DNA of 57,616 nt, from positions 854,928 to 912,543 of the forward strand of contig NW_003314270.1 in NCBI RefSeq assembly GCF_000143415.4, given 5' to 3'. The position numbers and the translations under genes are program-made. The notes beneath the pieces are model-generated. The model made no database searches, was not told the DNA's origin, and saw only the letters and a program-made list of their open reading frames with translations. The stretch comes from Selaginella moellendorffii. Lineage: Eukaryota > Plantae > Lycopodiophyta. Of the stretch, positions 1-12,226 are shown in pieces (positions within the stretch are counted from its first letter, which is position 1; each line of letters opens with the position of its first letter).

Positions 1-2513
1 CCAACCTCCGTATATGCATCTACGGACGGCATCACACTAGATGCCTGGCGTGACTCCCCACGCCGGTGCACCAACCTATTTTTAAAGCGCACTACAAATC
101 ACAGCTCAGGAACTTAGTTCCTCTGCACTGCCAAGTCCTCTCACTTGACAAGTCTGTGATCATGCATGGGCTCCTCTAAGCTTGGCCCCTTGGGCCACCT
201 CTATTGAAGTTAGCACCTTCAACTAGGGGGTTTGTTCCTCTGACTTGCCAATCTCACTTAGCAAGTCCTCCGACCATTGTAACATAGTTCATGCATAAGC
301 GTGAAAGTCCTTGACCATCGACTTTCGTTCAAAGCCATCCCTTTGAACACTCGGGAATTACTTCCTCAACCTTGATAGCCTTGCCTTGTGGCAAGCCTTA
401 AGGCCACGCTTCTGCTGCGCCATTATGATTTCACGCATTTTATGAACCATTTACATTTGGCCTTTCTAGGTACTAAGTTACCTAGAATCATCTTTGGGAA
501 CCTTGAAGGAACTCTATCCCTAAGCTTGCTAAGGCCTCTCCTTTCGCAAGTTTTGTAATTGCCATATGGTCTAACATGGACAATTCCATGCTTTAGACTC
601 TTTATGGCATCACAGTTGCTAGTAATAACATGCTCAAGTGCCCACTTGATTCTCCACTCTTAACTTGCATAACCACCCTTGGTTATACTCTTCGATCCCT
701 ATGGTTTGGTTCTATCCCTTTACTACTTGTTTTTGGCCTTACACATTTCCTTTGGTTATTCTCCTCTAGATTAGGAGGATAACTTTGCACTTTCTATCAT
801 ACCTTAATAAATATTCTTAGGGATGAACCTACCCAATAGCCTAGTGAGTGGTTCCTCAATCCGGGTACGCTCACCTTATAATCCCATACACTGGGATTAA
901 CATTGTTACTTATGGGCATTTATATGCCCACTTGCCAAAATTCCATTTTTGGCTTTTGTCCAATTCGGGTAAATAGTCTTTTCCTGTCCCCGTGACCTTG
1001 AACATTTAAATAGCACTTTCTATCCATCATTCGCAAGGGACTTAGTCCCTTGGGCTTTATCTATTGCCCTCGTGACACTAAACACCACCTCCTGGTGTTT
1101 TAGAGTGTTTGGGTGTCCCAATGATGGCCTCCTTGACAATGAGCATTTCCTTTTATGACATTGACTTACTATATCACAACATAAGCAATTTATCCCCCGT
1201 AAAGGTATATCAAACTTTCTTATGCCATTAAGAAGTCTTAGGTAGCTACCTTCTACCCGTTTAACCAATTATTTTGCACCTTTTGCTTAGTTGCCTCATA
1301 ATTGTCAAGTCCTACAACTCATTGCTGGTGCTTCTACACCTTCATCATTATTTGGGTCACCACACTCCAACTACATGCCTTCCAGCTTAGGCTATGCCAT
1401 TCCCATTTCCATTAGGATTTCTTTGGGAAGGGTTCTCATGAACCCACCAACTTAACCTCAAGGTATCACACCTTGGCACATTCGGTGTCTCCACACCATC
1501 GGCTCCATGAGCCTACCTTCAAGACACTTCTTACTTGTGTCTAGGTCCTTGCCAAGACTATTATAGTTCTTTCTTATGCCAACTATCCATTAGCACTGCA
1601 TTATAGAGGTCACATACAACTTTGTGTCAAAATTGTTTTCTTCTAGGAACATTTTTCCCACGACTTTAGTATAGCATATTCTGCCACCCATGAGATACCC
1701 ACTGTTCTCATATTTGGATCTTATGATCCTCCCCATCCTCTATGGGGCACAACACACCTCAGTCCAAATGCTTCCATCAGTCCTTTAGGATCATTCTTTG
1801 ACTCCACTCAAGTCATTCAGCCTTTTGGACTTTTTCTAATCCCCCAACCTATAAAGTCTTATTTTTGAGGTGCTAGCTCATTGGAATACAACTTCTTGTA
1901 TTCATATCCTACTCACAAGGACCATTTTTGCAAGTGTTATTTTGACACTTGATTTTGTTCTCTGGGGCCAACCTTTGCCCCTTAGGGCTACTTGTCCATA
2001 TGATGAGAATACCAACTCATCTTTAAGTATGCCCCCAACTCCTTGGGTCGTTCCAACATTTATTAAAGGTAGCCCCGGCTACCATTTCAAAGACTTGAGT
2101 CCTCTTTTGTATTTGACCTCCCATGGTCATTAATTCTAGTCTCAAATTCATGAGCACCAACCTCAACCATATGAGGATAATCTTGTGACTCCTTTATTGT
2201 TTTGGAGTCTCTATCTTTCTCATGATCCCAATTATAGTTGTCTACCACAACTATATTAACTAGTTTGCTTCATTTGGATCACATCCTCAACTCTTTGAGG
2301 AAAACTTTATACTATTCCCAAGATCCCAAAGTCGTTCCATTATTGGCCCTTTTCTATCCACCACCTCACCTACAAGTTCACACCTAAATTGTAGTGGAGA
2401 GCCATGTCTTCCCGACTTATTACTCCTAAAAGATAGGCCCACTTCTAGGACCTTTCGATGGCAACACTATTGGTGATATACTTCAGCACCAATAAAAGTC
2501 GGACTAATGAACA
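1..2513 (-). mobile_element. Degenerate internal (leader/gag-pol) region of a large-LTR retrotransposon, running off the window's left edge
   Basis: Lies directly downstream (minus strand) of an LTR end and a tRNA-Met-type PBS. No long ORF survives; there is only a possible decayed Cys/His knuckle (CLCCDIVSQCHKRKC, ORF 1020-1268). Superfamily cannot be assigned by eye. Confidence 0.5.
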
Positions 2514-2525
2514 ACTCCGATACCA
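2514..2525 (-). promoter_or_regulatory. Primer-binding site, tRNA-iMet type
   Basis: Minus strand reads TGGTATCGGAGT, 3 nt from the LTR terminus at 2529. The canonical plant iMet PBS is TGGTATCAGAGC. Confidence 0.75.
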
Positions 2526-3552
2526 AGTTGTAAGCGACTAAATTTTCCATTCTACTTTAGTCACTTAACCACACCTCCGACTATTTGTAGAAGTCTCACT
2601 CACAACCTCCATAAGTCCTATTCTGGACTTAGGACTGACTAGCCCAGCGAATGGCATTCCTGCCACTCCACCTTTGCACTTAGTCCAAGTGCTCCACGTG
2701 TTTGATCCCATGACCAACCCTCAAAGGTATTGTCGACATAGCAACCCGTTACACTAAGGCCATGCCCAATCACCTTTGCCGCACTAATGGTCCAATATCT
2801 CCTACATCCCAGTCCTATCTCTCCAAGACTAGGCCATCCATCCATGAGTGGTCATCCCAGATCCACTCTTTAGCATCCTTAGGATGCACACCAACAAGGG
2901 GAATAGCCTTCCCTAATATCCCTCTTGCAATCCCCACCAAGTCCCGTCCTACCCATGGCCATGTTCACCAACACTGCCACTAGGTCAAGGCCCACAGGCC
3001 CGACCACTAAGTCCTAACATCCTCTGGGACTTCCTCACCATGTGACTATATCCTTAGTCACTATGCCAGAGGTCTATTCCTCTTCCTTTCCACAGTTTGG
3101 GACTTTGGGGCAACATTTCGGAACACCGTGGCCTTACACGAGCCACCTGGGTACTCTCCCTGACTTCCACCTTTGGGTGCTCTAGCCATGGGCTTAGAGC
3201 GAGGTTCTGTTGAGCCATGCCAGGTATCCAAGTAGGTAGTGCCACCCACACTTGGACTGGGAGCATCGACCATTTGATCTCCCGGGGGAACTAGAGCCGG
3301 CTCTTGAACACTTCACCAAGCTACCCTACTTGTCTGTCCGTATTCACTATAGTCTTCGACTTCCCAGTGGTCATCCCATCACCCAACAGCTGGGTATGGC
3401 CTTCCTGGGCCAAATTGGCCTTTCCTGGCCAAACTAGCTCCACTGGGCTCCAACCCCCCCACTCTCTCTACTATACTTTTGGAACCCCCCGCAGCCCCCC
3501 CCCCCGGGGGACGATTGCTTTGGGCTTTCACCCAACAACCTATATTAGTATT

Positions 3553-4195
3553 CGGACTTGGACTCGGTCTCGGTCCCGGATTCGGACTCGAACTCGGTCT
3601 TGGTCTCGGTTCCATCTTAGACTCACTCCATCTCGGACTCCATCTCGGGTCCATCTCGGACTCCATCTCGGGTCCATCTCGCACTCCATCTCGGTCCACC
3701 TTGGACTCCATCTCAGGTCCATCTCGGTCTCCATCTCGGACTCCATTTCGGGTCCATCTCGGACTCCATTTCGGGTCCATCTCGGACTCCATGTCGGACT
3801 CCATCTCGGGTCCATCTCGGACTCCATCTCGGGTCCATCTTGGGTCCATCTCGGGTCCATCTCAGACTCCATCTTGCGTCCATCTCGGACTCCATCTTGG
3901 GTCAACCTCAGACTCTATCTCAGATTCCACCTCGGACTCCACCTCGACGACTCCATCTCAGACTCCATCTTGGGTCCATCTCGGGTCCATCTCAGACTCC
4001 ACCTCGGACACCATTTCGGGTTCATCTCGAACTCCATCTCGGTCCACCTTGGACTCCATCTCGGGTCCATCTTGGTCTTCATCTTGGACTCCATTTTGGG
4101 TCCATCTCGAACTCCATCTCGGGTCCATCTCGGACTCCATCTCGAGTCCGTCTCGAGTCCATCTCAGACTCTATCTTGCATCCATCTTGAACTCC
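3553..4195. repeat. LTR-internal minisatellite: 6-mers (GGACTC/GGTCTC), then 10-12-mers (GGACTCCATCTC / GGGTCCATCTC); continues at 5992-6135
   Basis: Directly visible tandem units. They explain the SISD/GLHL/TPSR/MESE low-complexity ORFs. Confidence 0.95.
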
Positions 4196-5991
4196 TGTAA
4201 GCGACTAAATTTTCCATTCTACTTTAGTCACTTAACCACACCTCCGACCACTTGGAGGAGTCTCATTCACAACCTCCATCAGTCCAATTCAGGACTTGGG
4301 ACTTGCTAGCCCCAAGAATGGCATCCATGCCACTCAACACTTGCACCTGGTCCAAGTGCTCCACGTGTCCGGTCTCAAGACCGACACCCAAAGGTACCAC
4401 TAACATCTCGGCCCGTTACGCTAAGGCCATGCCCATTCACCTTTGCTGCACTAGTGGTCCAATACCACTTGCATCACCATCCCGTCTCTCCAAGACTGGG
4501 CCATCCGTCCATGAGTGATCATTCCAGATCCACCCTTAGCATCCTTAGGATGCCCACAGACGTGGGGAATAACCTTCCCCAATATCCCTTTTCTAGTCCC
4601 CACCAAGTCCCTTTCTGCCCACGGCCATGTTCACTAACACTACCACTGGATCGAGGCCCACCGGCCTGACCACTAAGTCCCACGGTCCTCTGGGACTTCC
4701 TCACCACTCGACTGTGTCCTTGGTCACTACCCCAGAGGACTACTCCTCTTCCTTTCCACAGTCTGGGCCTTTGGGACAACATTTCGGAACACCGTGGCCT
4801 TACGCGAGCCACCTGGGTACTCTCCCCACCTTTCGCCTTTAGGTGCTCTAGCCATGGGCTTAGAGCGAGGTTCTGTTGAGCCACGCCTGGTATCCAAGTA
4901 GGTAGTGCCACCCACACTTGGACTGGGAGTATCGGCCAGTCGATCACCCGGGGGAACTAGAGCCGGCTCTTGAACACTTCACCAAGCTACCCCGCTTGTC
5001 GGTCCGTATTCACTCTAGTCTTGGACTTCCCAGTGGTCAGTTCATCACCCAACACTGGGTCTGGCCTTCCTGGGCCAAACTGGCCTTTCCTGGCCAAACT
5101 GGCTCCACTGCAGTCCTCCCCCTTACTATACTTTTGGAGCTCACCAAACCCCCCAGGGTCTGGGAGACGAACGCTTTGGGCTTTCACCCTCTCAGACTCG
5201 AACTCGGACTCAAACTCGGACTCGGACTCGGACTTGGACTCGGGCTCGGGCTTGGTCTCAGCCTTGGCCTCGGTCTCGGTCTCGGTCCCGGTCTCGGTCC
5301 CGGTCTCAGTCTCGGTCTCGGTCTCGGTCCCGGTCTCAGTCTCGACCTCGGACTCCATCTCGGGTCCTTCTCGGACTCCATCTCGGACTCCGTCTTGGAC
5401 TTCATCTCGGACTCCGTCTCGGTCCATCTCGGACTCCATCTCGGTCCACCTCGGACTCCACCTCGGACTCCGTCTCGGTCCACCTCAGACTCCACCTTGG
5501 ACTCCATCTTGGGTCCATCTCGGACTCCATCTCGGACTCCATCTTGGACTCCATCTCGGGTCCATCTCGGACTCCGTCTCGGTCCACCTCAGACTCCATC
5601 TCGGACTCCATCTCGAACTCCATCTCGGGTCCATCTCGGACTCCGTCTCGGTCCACCTCGGACTCCATCTCGGACTCCATCTCAGACTCCATATCGGACT
5701 CCATCTCGGACTCCACTTCGGACTCCATATCAGACTCCACTTCGGGTCCATCTCGGACTCTTCCACGTGTCATGTGTTGGTCCTTTTTGGGTCCCTTTTT
5801 GGAGCCTTGTTTATTGCTCGCTTTGTGCTCGCTCCTTGAGCACTTTGTTGGGAGTTCCACTCCCGCTCTCGACCTTCCAAGTCAGAGCTTTTAGTCCAAA
5901 CGTGTTACACTCGTTTGGCTTTCACTTCGGCCACTACCACGTGGCACCCTTTCCAGCTCCACTTTGGGGCCTAGGGATTTTGTGTCTCACA
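4196..5991 (-). mobile_element. Solo LTR (1796 bp) nested in the LTR of its own family
   Basis: Same TGTAAGCGAC...GTCTCACA termini, flanked by a 5-bp direct repeat ACTCC (4191-4195 and 5992-5996), with no internal domain. Confidence 0.85.
5191..5760. repeat. Same minisatellite in the solo LTR (hexamer tract ~5191-5350, 10-12-mer tract ~5351-5760)
   Basis: Directly visible tandem units. Confidence 0.95.
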
Positions 5992-6699
5992 ACTCCATCT
6001 CGGGTCCACCTTGGACTCCATCTCAGACTCCACCTCGGACTCCATCTCGGGTCCATCTCGGACTCCACCTTGGACTCCATCTCGGGTCCATCTCGGACTC
6101 CACCTCAGACTCCATCTCAGGTCCATCTCGGACACTTCCACATGTCATGTGTTGGTCCTTTTGTGTCTTTTTTCTAGAGACTCATTTATTGCTTGTTCCT
6201 TGAGCCCTTCATTAGGAGTTCCACTCCCGCTCTCGACCTTTTGAGTCGGAGCTTTTAGTCTAAACGTGTTACGCTCGTTTAGCTTTTGCTTCGGCCACTA
6301 CCACATAGCAAGCACCCTTTTGGCTCCACTTTGGGGCCTAGGGGTTTTGTGTCTCACATAATGCTGCGTGCTACATACCACACCAAAACAAAAGCAAGTG
6401 AACTATAGAATTTTCATAGATATTTTAATCCTAATGCTACAAAAGTGTAGCATTAAGATTTTAGTGAAAAATGCAAAAGAAATGCCAAGGTAACCTTAGC
6501 TTATTTTAATGTCACTATTAAATTTAATAGTTAAATTAAAGTGTACAAAATTAATATAACAATATAATGGTGTGAATGAATTACCATTAAATTTACTAAG
6601 TTAATGGTGGGTGCAAAACCCCCCTTATGATTATTTATAAATGATGATTTCATTTTATGATACATTTCATAAATTAGCATTAAAATTAACTAGATAATG

Positions 6700-6790
6700 C
6701 TCTCTCTTTCTCTTTCTCTCTCTCTCTCCTCACTCCCCCTTTCTCCCCCTCTCTCCCCCTCTTCCCTCTTTCCCTCCCTCCCCCAACCTT
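6700..6790. repeat. (CT)n / polypyrimidine tract
   Basis: About 90 nt of almost pure C/T. Confidence 0.8.
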
Positions 6791-7393
6791 TTATTCTTCC
6801 ATAATAATGGTGGAATATACAAATTAATTTTTAAATTTTATCAATATTATCAATTAATGATCTTAATTTTTATTTATTTTATCTAACATAAGTTTTAAAA
6901 GTTTTAAAAATATATTATATTTTAATTCCTTAACAATCTTGATAAAAGATATTAATATGAAATATTATGTGTCATACACATAATATTCTTGAGTTACTTC
7001 CTCATAAAAGTTTGCAACAAACTGCCATTTTGTATCTTACCATGAGTTATTTATAATTAATTTATATAATTATTTAAAATTTAAATCAGAGTATATACAT
7101 ATATAAATATAGCCAAAACATACAATTTATAACAAATACCTGAAAATTCATTTGATAGAATCTTAATAAAATTCTCCTAGATTCTCAAGAATTTTAAGAC
7201 TGCTCCAATTCTAGTTTTTCAGAAAATCATTTTTTATTTTTTAAAAGTAAATAAAATTAAGAATAGAAAAAACTATTACTTTTTAATAGATATAAATTTA
7301 CTAAATTTTATAATTTTTCTCAAAAACTGTAGTTTATTAAAAAGTAATAACTATTTTTTTAATAACTCAAAATATGCATTTTTAATTTAGTTT

Positions 7394-7567
7394 TGTGAGG
7401 GCCAAGTGTACGGCTACGTTGCTGTATACTAATATTAGCGTAGTGGATTTTGGTAGCCGTCGGATTGGTTTCAATCCGGACCATTCGCTCCTGTATATAA
7501 GCTAGGGTTTTTGGGCTAATTGATATGCACATTTCTGTATTCCCTTTCCATATTCCATGCACTCACA
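7394..7567 (+). repeat. 5' LTR of family A (174 bp)
   Basis: TG...CA termini, TATATAA inside, direct repeat of 12227-12402. Confidence 0.95.
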
Positions 7568-7568
7568 T

Positions 7569-7584
7569 TGGTGGAGGTGAGGGG
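7569..7584 (+). promoter_or_regulatory. Primer-binding site, tRNA-Ala-like
   Basis: TGGTGGAGGTGAGGGG 1 nt after the LTR. It resembles the complement of eukaryotic tRNA-Ala 3' ends (TGGTGGAGATGCGGGG). Confidence 0.6.
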
Positions 7585-7801
7585 CACCTTTGATTGTCCC
7601 TGGGGAGTGCTTGGATTTGGGGATTTCGGTTTAGATCTAGCTTTTCCATTGTCTAGATCTAGCTTTTTCCATTTCCTTTCTTTTGTTCTTTCCTTTCAGG
7701 ATTTTGGTTTAGATCTAGCTTTTTGCATTGTCTAGATCTACCATTTCTTTCCAGCTTTTTGTCATTTCTCTTCTTTTGCTCTTTCTTTCTCATTCATTTT
7801 C

Positions 7802-8731
7802 ATGGTAGATCCGCAATCTCCTCCTTTGACTCTAGAGTAGCAGTTGGTTCAATTGCTTGATGCTATGCGCCTGCAATTGAACAACCAAACTCAGTTGATG
7901 GCGGCGTTCACGGCACATGGTACAACTCCTCCTGCTCTTGGTGCCAATCCTCGCGTTCGGCCGAAGTTCTTTCGTGAGAATCCTGGGGATGATGTGTACC
8001 ATTCGTTCGATCACTTCACGGTGATTGCCACATATCATTCTTGGGATGATGCTCAACATTTGTGTGAGTTTCCCACGTGTCTCCAAGGGACGGCGTTGCA
8101 ATGGTACAACGGTTTGGGAGCAGCCACTCGCGGGGATTGGAGTGTTCTTCCGGATGTCTTCAAATGCGCCTTCAAACATGCCGATGACTGTGATGATGCT
8201 TTCCAACAATTGCATCGTCTTCGCCAAGGGCCATCTGAGTCGGTGATGCAATTTGGCGTTCGTTTCCGAAGTCTTTTGCTTCGTGCGGAGCCAAATATGT
8301 CGGAACAGATCAAGCTAGGAATGTTGTGGCCAGCACTTTGTTAAGATCTTGTCGGACTTGTGCATGCACTTGCTCCCGCCACCCTTGACGATGCTCTTCG
8401 CTTGGCACAACGTTATGAGACGTCGCCTCTCCCACTTCTCGCTGCACGTCCTTCAGCTCCTCTTCCTATAGGTGATGGTCCTGTTCCAATGGAGGTTGAT
8501 GCTACTGCTGCTCGAGTCCAAGGACAAGGGCGAGGACGTGGTCGTGGCCGTGATATTCGCTGCTGGGCATGTGACGAAGTTGGTCATACTTATCGGCATT
8601 GTTGGCATTTTCTGGATTGGCGACCTCCATTTCCTGGGTGGAGACCTTGGCGTCAGCAACGTGTTGGTGCTCCTGCAGTGGAAGGTTTGGACACTGAGAT
8701 GCATCCGGGAAACGAGGAGTCGCGCGAGTAA
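7802..8731 (+). pseudogene. gag: gag of family A (premature stops at 7838 and 8342)
   Basis: MVDPQSPP start, retrotransposon-gag-like LQGTALQWY and LRQGPSESV, PMEVD motif, CCHC knuckle CWACDEVGHTYRHC. Confidence 0.9.
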
Positions 8732-11700
8732 CGGAGGGACCTTGCGCGAATAAGTCAGTGACCCCTCCATCTTTCTTTCGAGAGTATCATCAAGGGGTTC
8801 ACTTGGCACCAGTTCATCCAGTGTTTACTTTATAAGCTCGTTTTTATAACAAGAGGTCTCCTCTTCTTCTCTCCGTGTTGGTTGATACAGGTTCGAGTTT
8901 ATCTTCTATTGCTCGACTTGTTGCCACACGTTGCCGTCTACACTTGCGTTGTGCGGCGGAACCAGTTTTCATTCTTTATGGCAACGGCCGTACACATGCA
9001 TGTGCATAGGATGAGGCGGACCTGGTTGTGCGTGTGGGCGATCTCGAGCTTGAGTTGCAGTCCTTGCGGGTGGTGCCGAGTCAAGCTTTTGACCTCATTC
9101 TTGGTATGGATTGGTTGTAGCGCAATCATGCCAAGTGTGACTTTGAGGCTTCTCCCCCTTGTCTCATACTTCCTTATGTTTCATCCATTCTTCTTACTTC
9201 TGTCCCTCTTTGTCCCTCTACTTCTACCTTTGCTTCCATTACTTTTGTTCCCCCACTATTTCCTCCTATGTTCCCATCTTGTTCTGCTCTTCCCTTTTCC
9301 AATCCCTCCGACGATCTTTGTGTTGCAGCGGTGGACCGGCTCATGAAGGAGTATTCTGATCTCTTTGAATTTGACCTATCGTTTGGGGCCAAGATTGCCA
9401 CACGTCATCCAATTCCAGCTGGGGATGCTCGTCCAATCAAGGTTCCCGTTCATCGTCGGTCACCCAAAGAGATCTAGATATTATGTGCAAATGTCAAGGA
9501 GATGTTGGAGAAAGGTGTTATTCGGAAGTCGCAGAGTCCTTGGGCATGTGAACCTCATCTTGTGACGAAGCCTGATGGGAGTATTCGTTTCTGCATCGAC
9601 TATCATCCATTAAACGATGTGACGATCCCAGATATATACCCTCTTCCTCACACTGCTGATCTCTTGGATCGTCTGGGGCAAAGTCATTAGTTCACCAAGC
9701 TAGATCTTGCTTCTGGGTACTGGCAAGTACCAATGGCCGAAGAAGATATTTCTAAGATCGCTTTTTGTACACCATTTGGTTTGTACGAATTTTTGGTGAT
9801 GCCGTTTGGTTTGAACAATGCTCTAGCAACTTTCCAGCGGATGATGGACGAGGTTCTTTGCGATATGCCGGAGGTGACTGTTGACTTCATTGATGATGTC
9901 TTGATCCACTCGGAGGGGACATGGGAAGAGCACGTTCATGATGTTTGTAAAGTGTTGGATCGGCTACGTGACGTTGGTTTAAAGCTGAAGCGGTCAAGTG
10001 CGTGTTTGGGTCCAAGGATACAACTTATCTTGGGTACCGTATTTCGCGTGAGGGTTTGCAAGTTGATCCTGACAAACTTGTGGCTGTTCTAAAGTTCCCT
10101 ACTCCGAGGTGTGTGAATGATGTGCAGCGCTTCTTGGGCAAGGTGCAGTATCTCGGTCGTTTTATGGATCATCTTTTTGATCGCACTGCACCGTTGCGAG
10201 CGTTGCTGAAGTCATCAACATCATCTTTCATCTGGTCTCCGGATTGTGAGCAGGCGTTCGGGGATCTCAAAGAGCTGTTGACAACTCCTCCAGTTTTGGC
10301 ATATCCTGACTACACTCGACCTTTTATTTTGCGTGTGGATGCTTCTGACATTGGTCTTGGAGGTGTGTTGATGCAAGAGAGCTCGAGTGTGCCTGGTCAG
10401 TGCCATCCCATTGCATATATAAGCCGTACATTACACTTAGCGGAGATGAACTACTCCACGATAGAGAAGGAGTGTTTAGCAGCAGTCTGGGGTTTCGAGA
10501 AACTTCATGCATATCTATATGGTTCTCAGACGTTACTTGAAGGTGACCATGCTACTGTTACTTCGTTATTAAAGCGGAAGAACCTGGTTGGTCGTACTGC
10601 TCAGTGGGCTTTAAAGCTTCAGATATATGATTTTGATGTTGTTCATTGCCCAGGGAGTTCTATGGCTGATGCTGATGCCCTTTCTCGAGCTCCTCTTCCT
10701 TTTTCACTCTCTTCTCATGTTTCTGACGAGCCTGTCGTTCCAACATCTGTGGATTTTCTAGACGAGGATTCTGTGCCGTCGGCGGTTGCTGTACTTGATG
10801 TTCAGTGTCCACAAGGTGCAGAGCAAGATCTACCTTCCCTTGATGAGGTTCGCGAGGCTCAAAAAATTGAGCCATGGATTCGAAGGCTTCAAGATGAGTT
10901 TGAGAATCCTGCATCACTTGCTGATGACTTGCCTTTTCGGCATTTACATTCTCAATATCGTCTTGAAGGTGGCCTTCTTTATTTTGTGGGGACAGATCCT
11001 AATGATCATTTATAGCTAGTGGTGCCTTCTATCTTTATTCCGCAGTTTCTCCATGCCTACCATGATTCTCCTATTCTAGGTGGGCATATGGGACATCATC
11101 GTGTAATCGAAAAGCTACGCAGGTCTTTCTATTGGCCGGAGATGCAACGTGATATTATCCGGTATGTGCGTAGCTGTGTTTGGTGCCAAGCTCGTAATAC
11201 TCCCCCTCGGGCTACGGAAGGACGGTTAGAGTCAATTGCAGTTTCCCGTCCGTTTGAGTTGGTGGCGTTTGATCTTATGGGACCTTTTCCACGGTTGACT
11301 GCTGGCAATGAGTATGTTATTATTGCTTCTGACTATTTGACTTGTTGGGTGGAAGTTGGTGCTCTTGCTAGTGCCTCTGCAACTGCTGTTGGATACTTCC
11401 TCCTCAATCGAGTGGTGTTCCAGCATTCTTGTCCAGAGCGGATTCTTTCGGATAATGGTCCTGCATTTATGGCTGAGGCATTTCATGTTTTGATGTCTCG
11501 GTTGGGGATTCACCACACTTTCATGAGTGCTTATCATCCACAATCAGACGGTCTGGTGGAACGGCTTGTTCGGACGTTCAAGAGGATGATTGCGAAGTAT
11601 GTGAACTTTCAGCATTCGGATTGGGATGGTTATTTGCCGTCTCTTCGGTATGCATATGTCACTAGGGTGCAGAGTTCTGTTGGTGCTTCACCATATAAAC

Positions 11701-12194
11701 TCCTATATGGTAATGATCCAATATTACCAACGGAGTTGGGTTTACCTTTGCGATTGCCACGAGCTGTGGATGCTAGGTCATGGGATCAATATTTGACAAG
11801 CATTCTTCCACTTGTCCGAGTGGAGTCTGCCGAACACTTAGGCTGTGTACAAGTGGGACAACAACGGCGGTACAACTCCCATCATCATCCACCTACGGAG
11901 TACAAAGTGGATGATTTGGTGTTAGTCCATTTTCCCCATCTTACGGTACGTGGTTTATCTAAGGGGCTTTTTGCACAATGGAAAGGACCATATCGGGTGT
12001 TGCAGCAAGTTGGACCACAAGTTTATGAGGTTCGGCATGACGTCCAGCAGGCCGATCCTCCAGAGATTGTGCATGTGCAGCGGTTGAAACGCTTTATACA
12101 AAGGGATCAAGAGCAGTTAATACCACCTACAGCTCCGCCGATGCCTCCTCCTAACGTTCTTCCAGATCCCTGCCCGTCTACAAGAGAACCCTGA
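8710..12194 (+). pseudogene. pol: pol of family A (PR-RT-RNase H-integrase) in the -1 frame relative to gag; several stops and a frameshift near 10000
   Basis: VLVDTGSS protease (8875-8898); RT motifs KPDGSIRFCIDY, MPFGL, FIDD; RNase H DAS/EKECLA; integrase H-H-CVWC, DLMGPF/SDNG/GLVER and WKGPY. Confidence 0.92.
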
Positions 12195-12226
12195 TGGTCT
12201 GCCATTATTCCGAGAGGAGGGGATGA

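Larger units (their letters stand above)
2529..6358 (-). mobile_element. 5' LTR (~2.0 kb net: 2529-4195 plus 5997-6358), interrupted by a solo LTR of the same family
   Basis: TGTAAGCGAC...GTCTCACA termini (TG...CA), adjacent PBS, and colinear similarity to 4196-5991 at both ends. Confidence 0.85.

Noticed and set aside
3613-4195. Possible CRISPR-like array
   Set aside because: Contiguous 10-12-bp units with no unique spacers, in eukaryotic context with no cas genes. The same applies to the 26-bp units in the chromovirus LTR.
3304-6244. Long ORFs (up to 419 aa) with SISD/GLHL/TPSR/MESE repeats
   Set aside because: They are translations of a nearly stop-free LTR minisatellite, open in several frames on both strands, with no protein-like features.
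6426-6460. Imperfect 14-bp-stem palindrome aatcctaatgctac/gtagcattaagatt
   Set aside because: Isolated in AT-rich DNA, with no TSD/TIR pair or Helitron end found.
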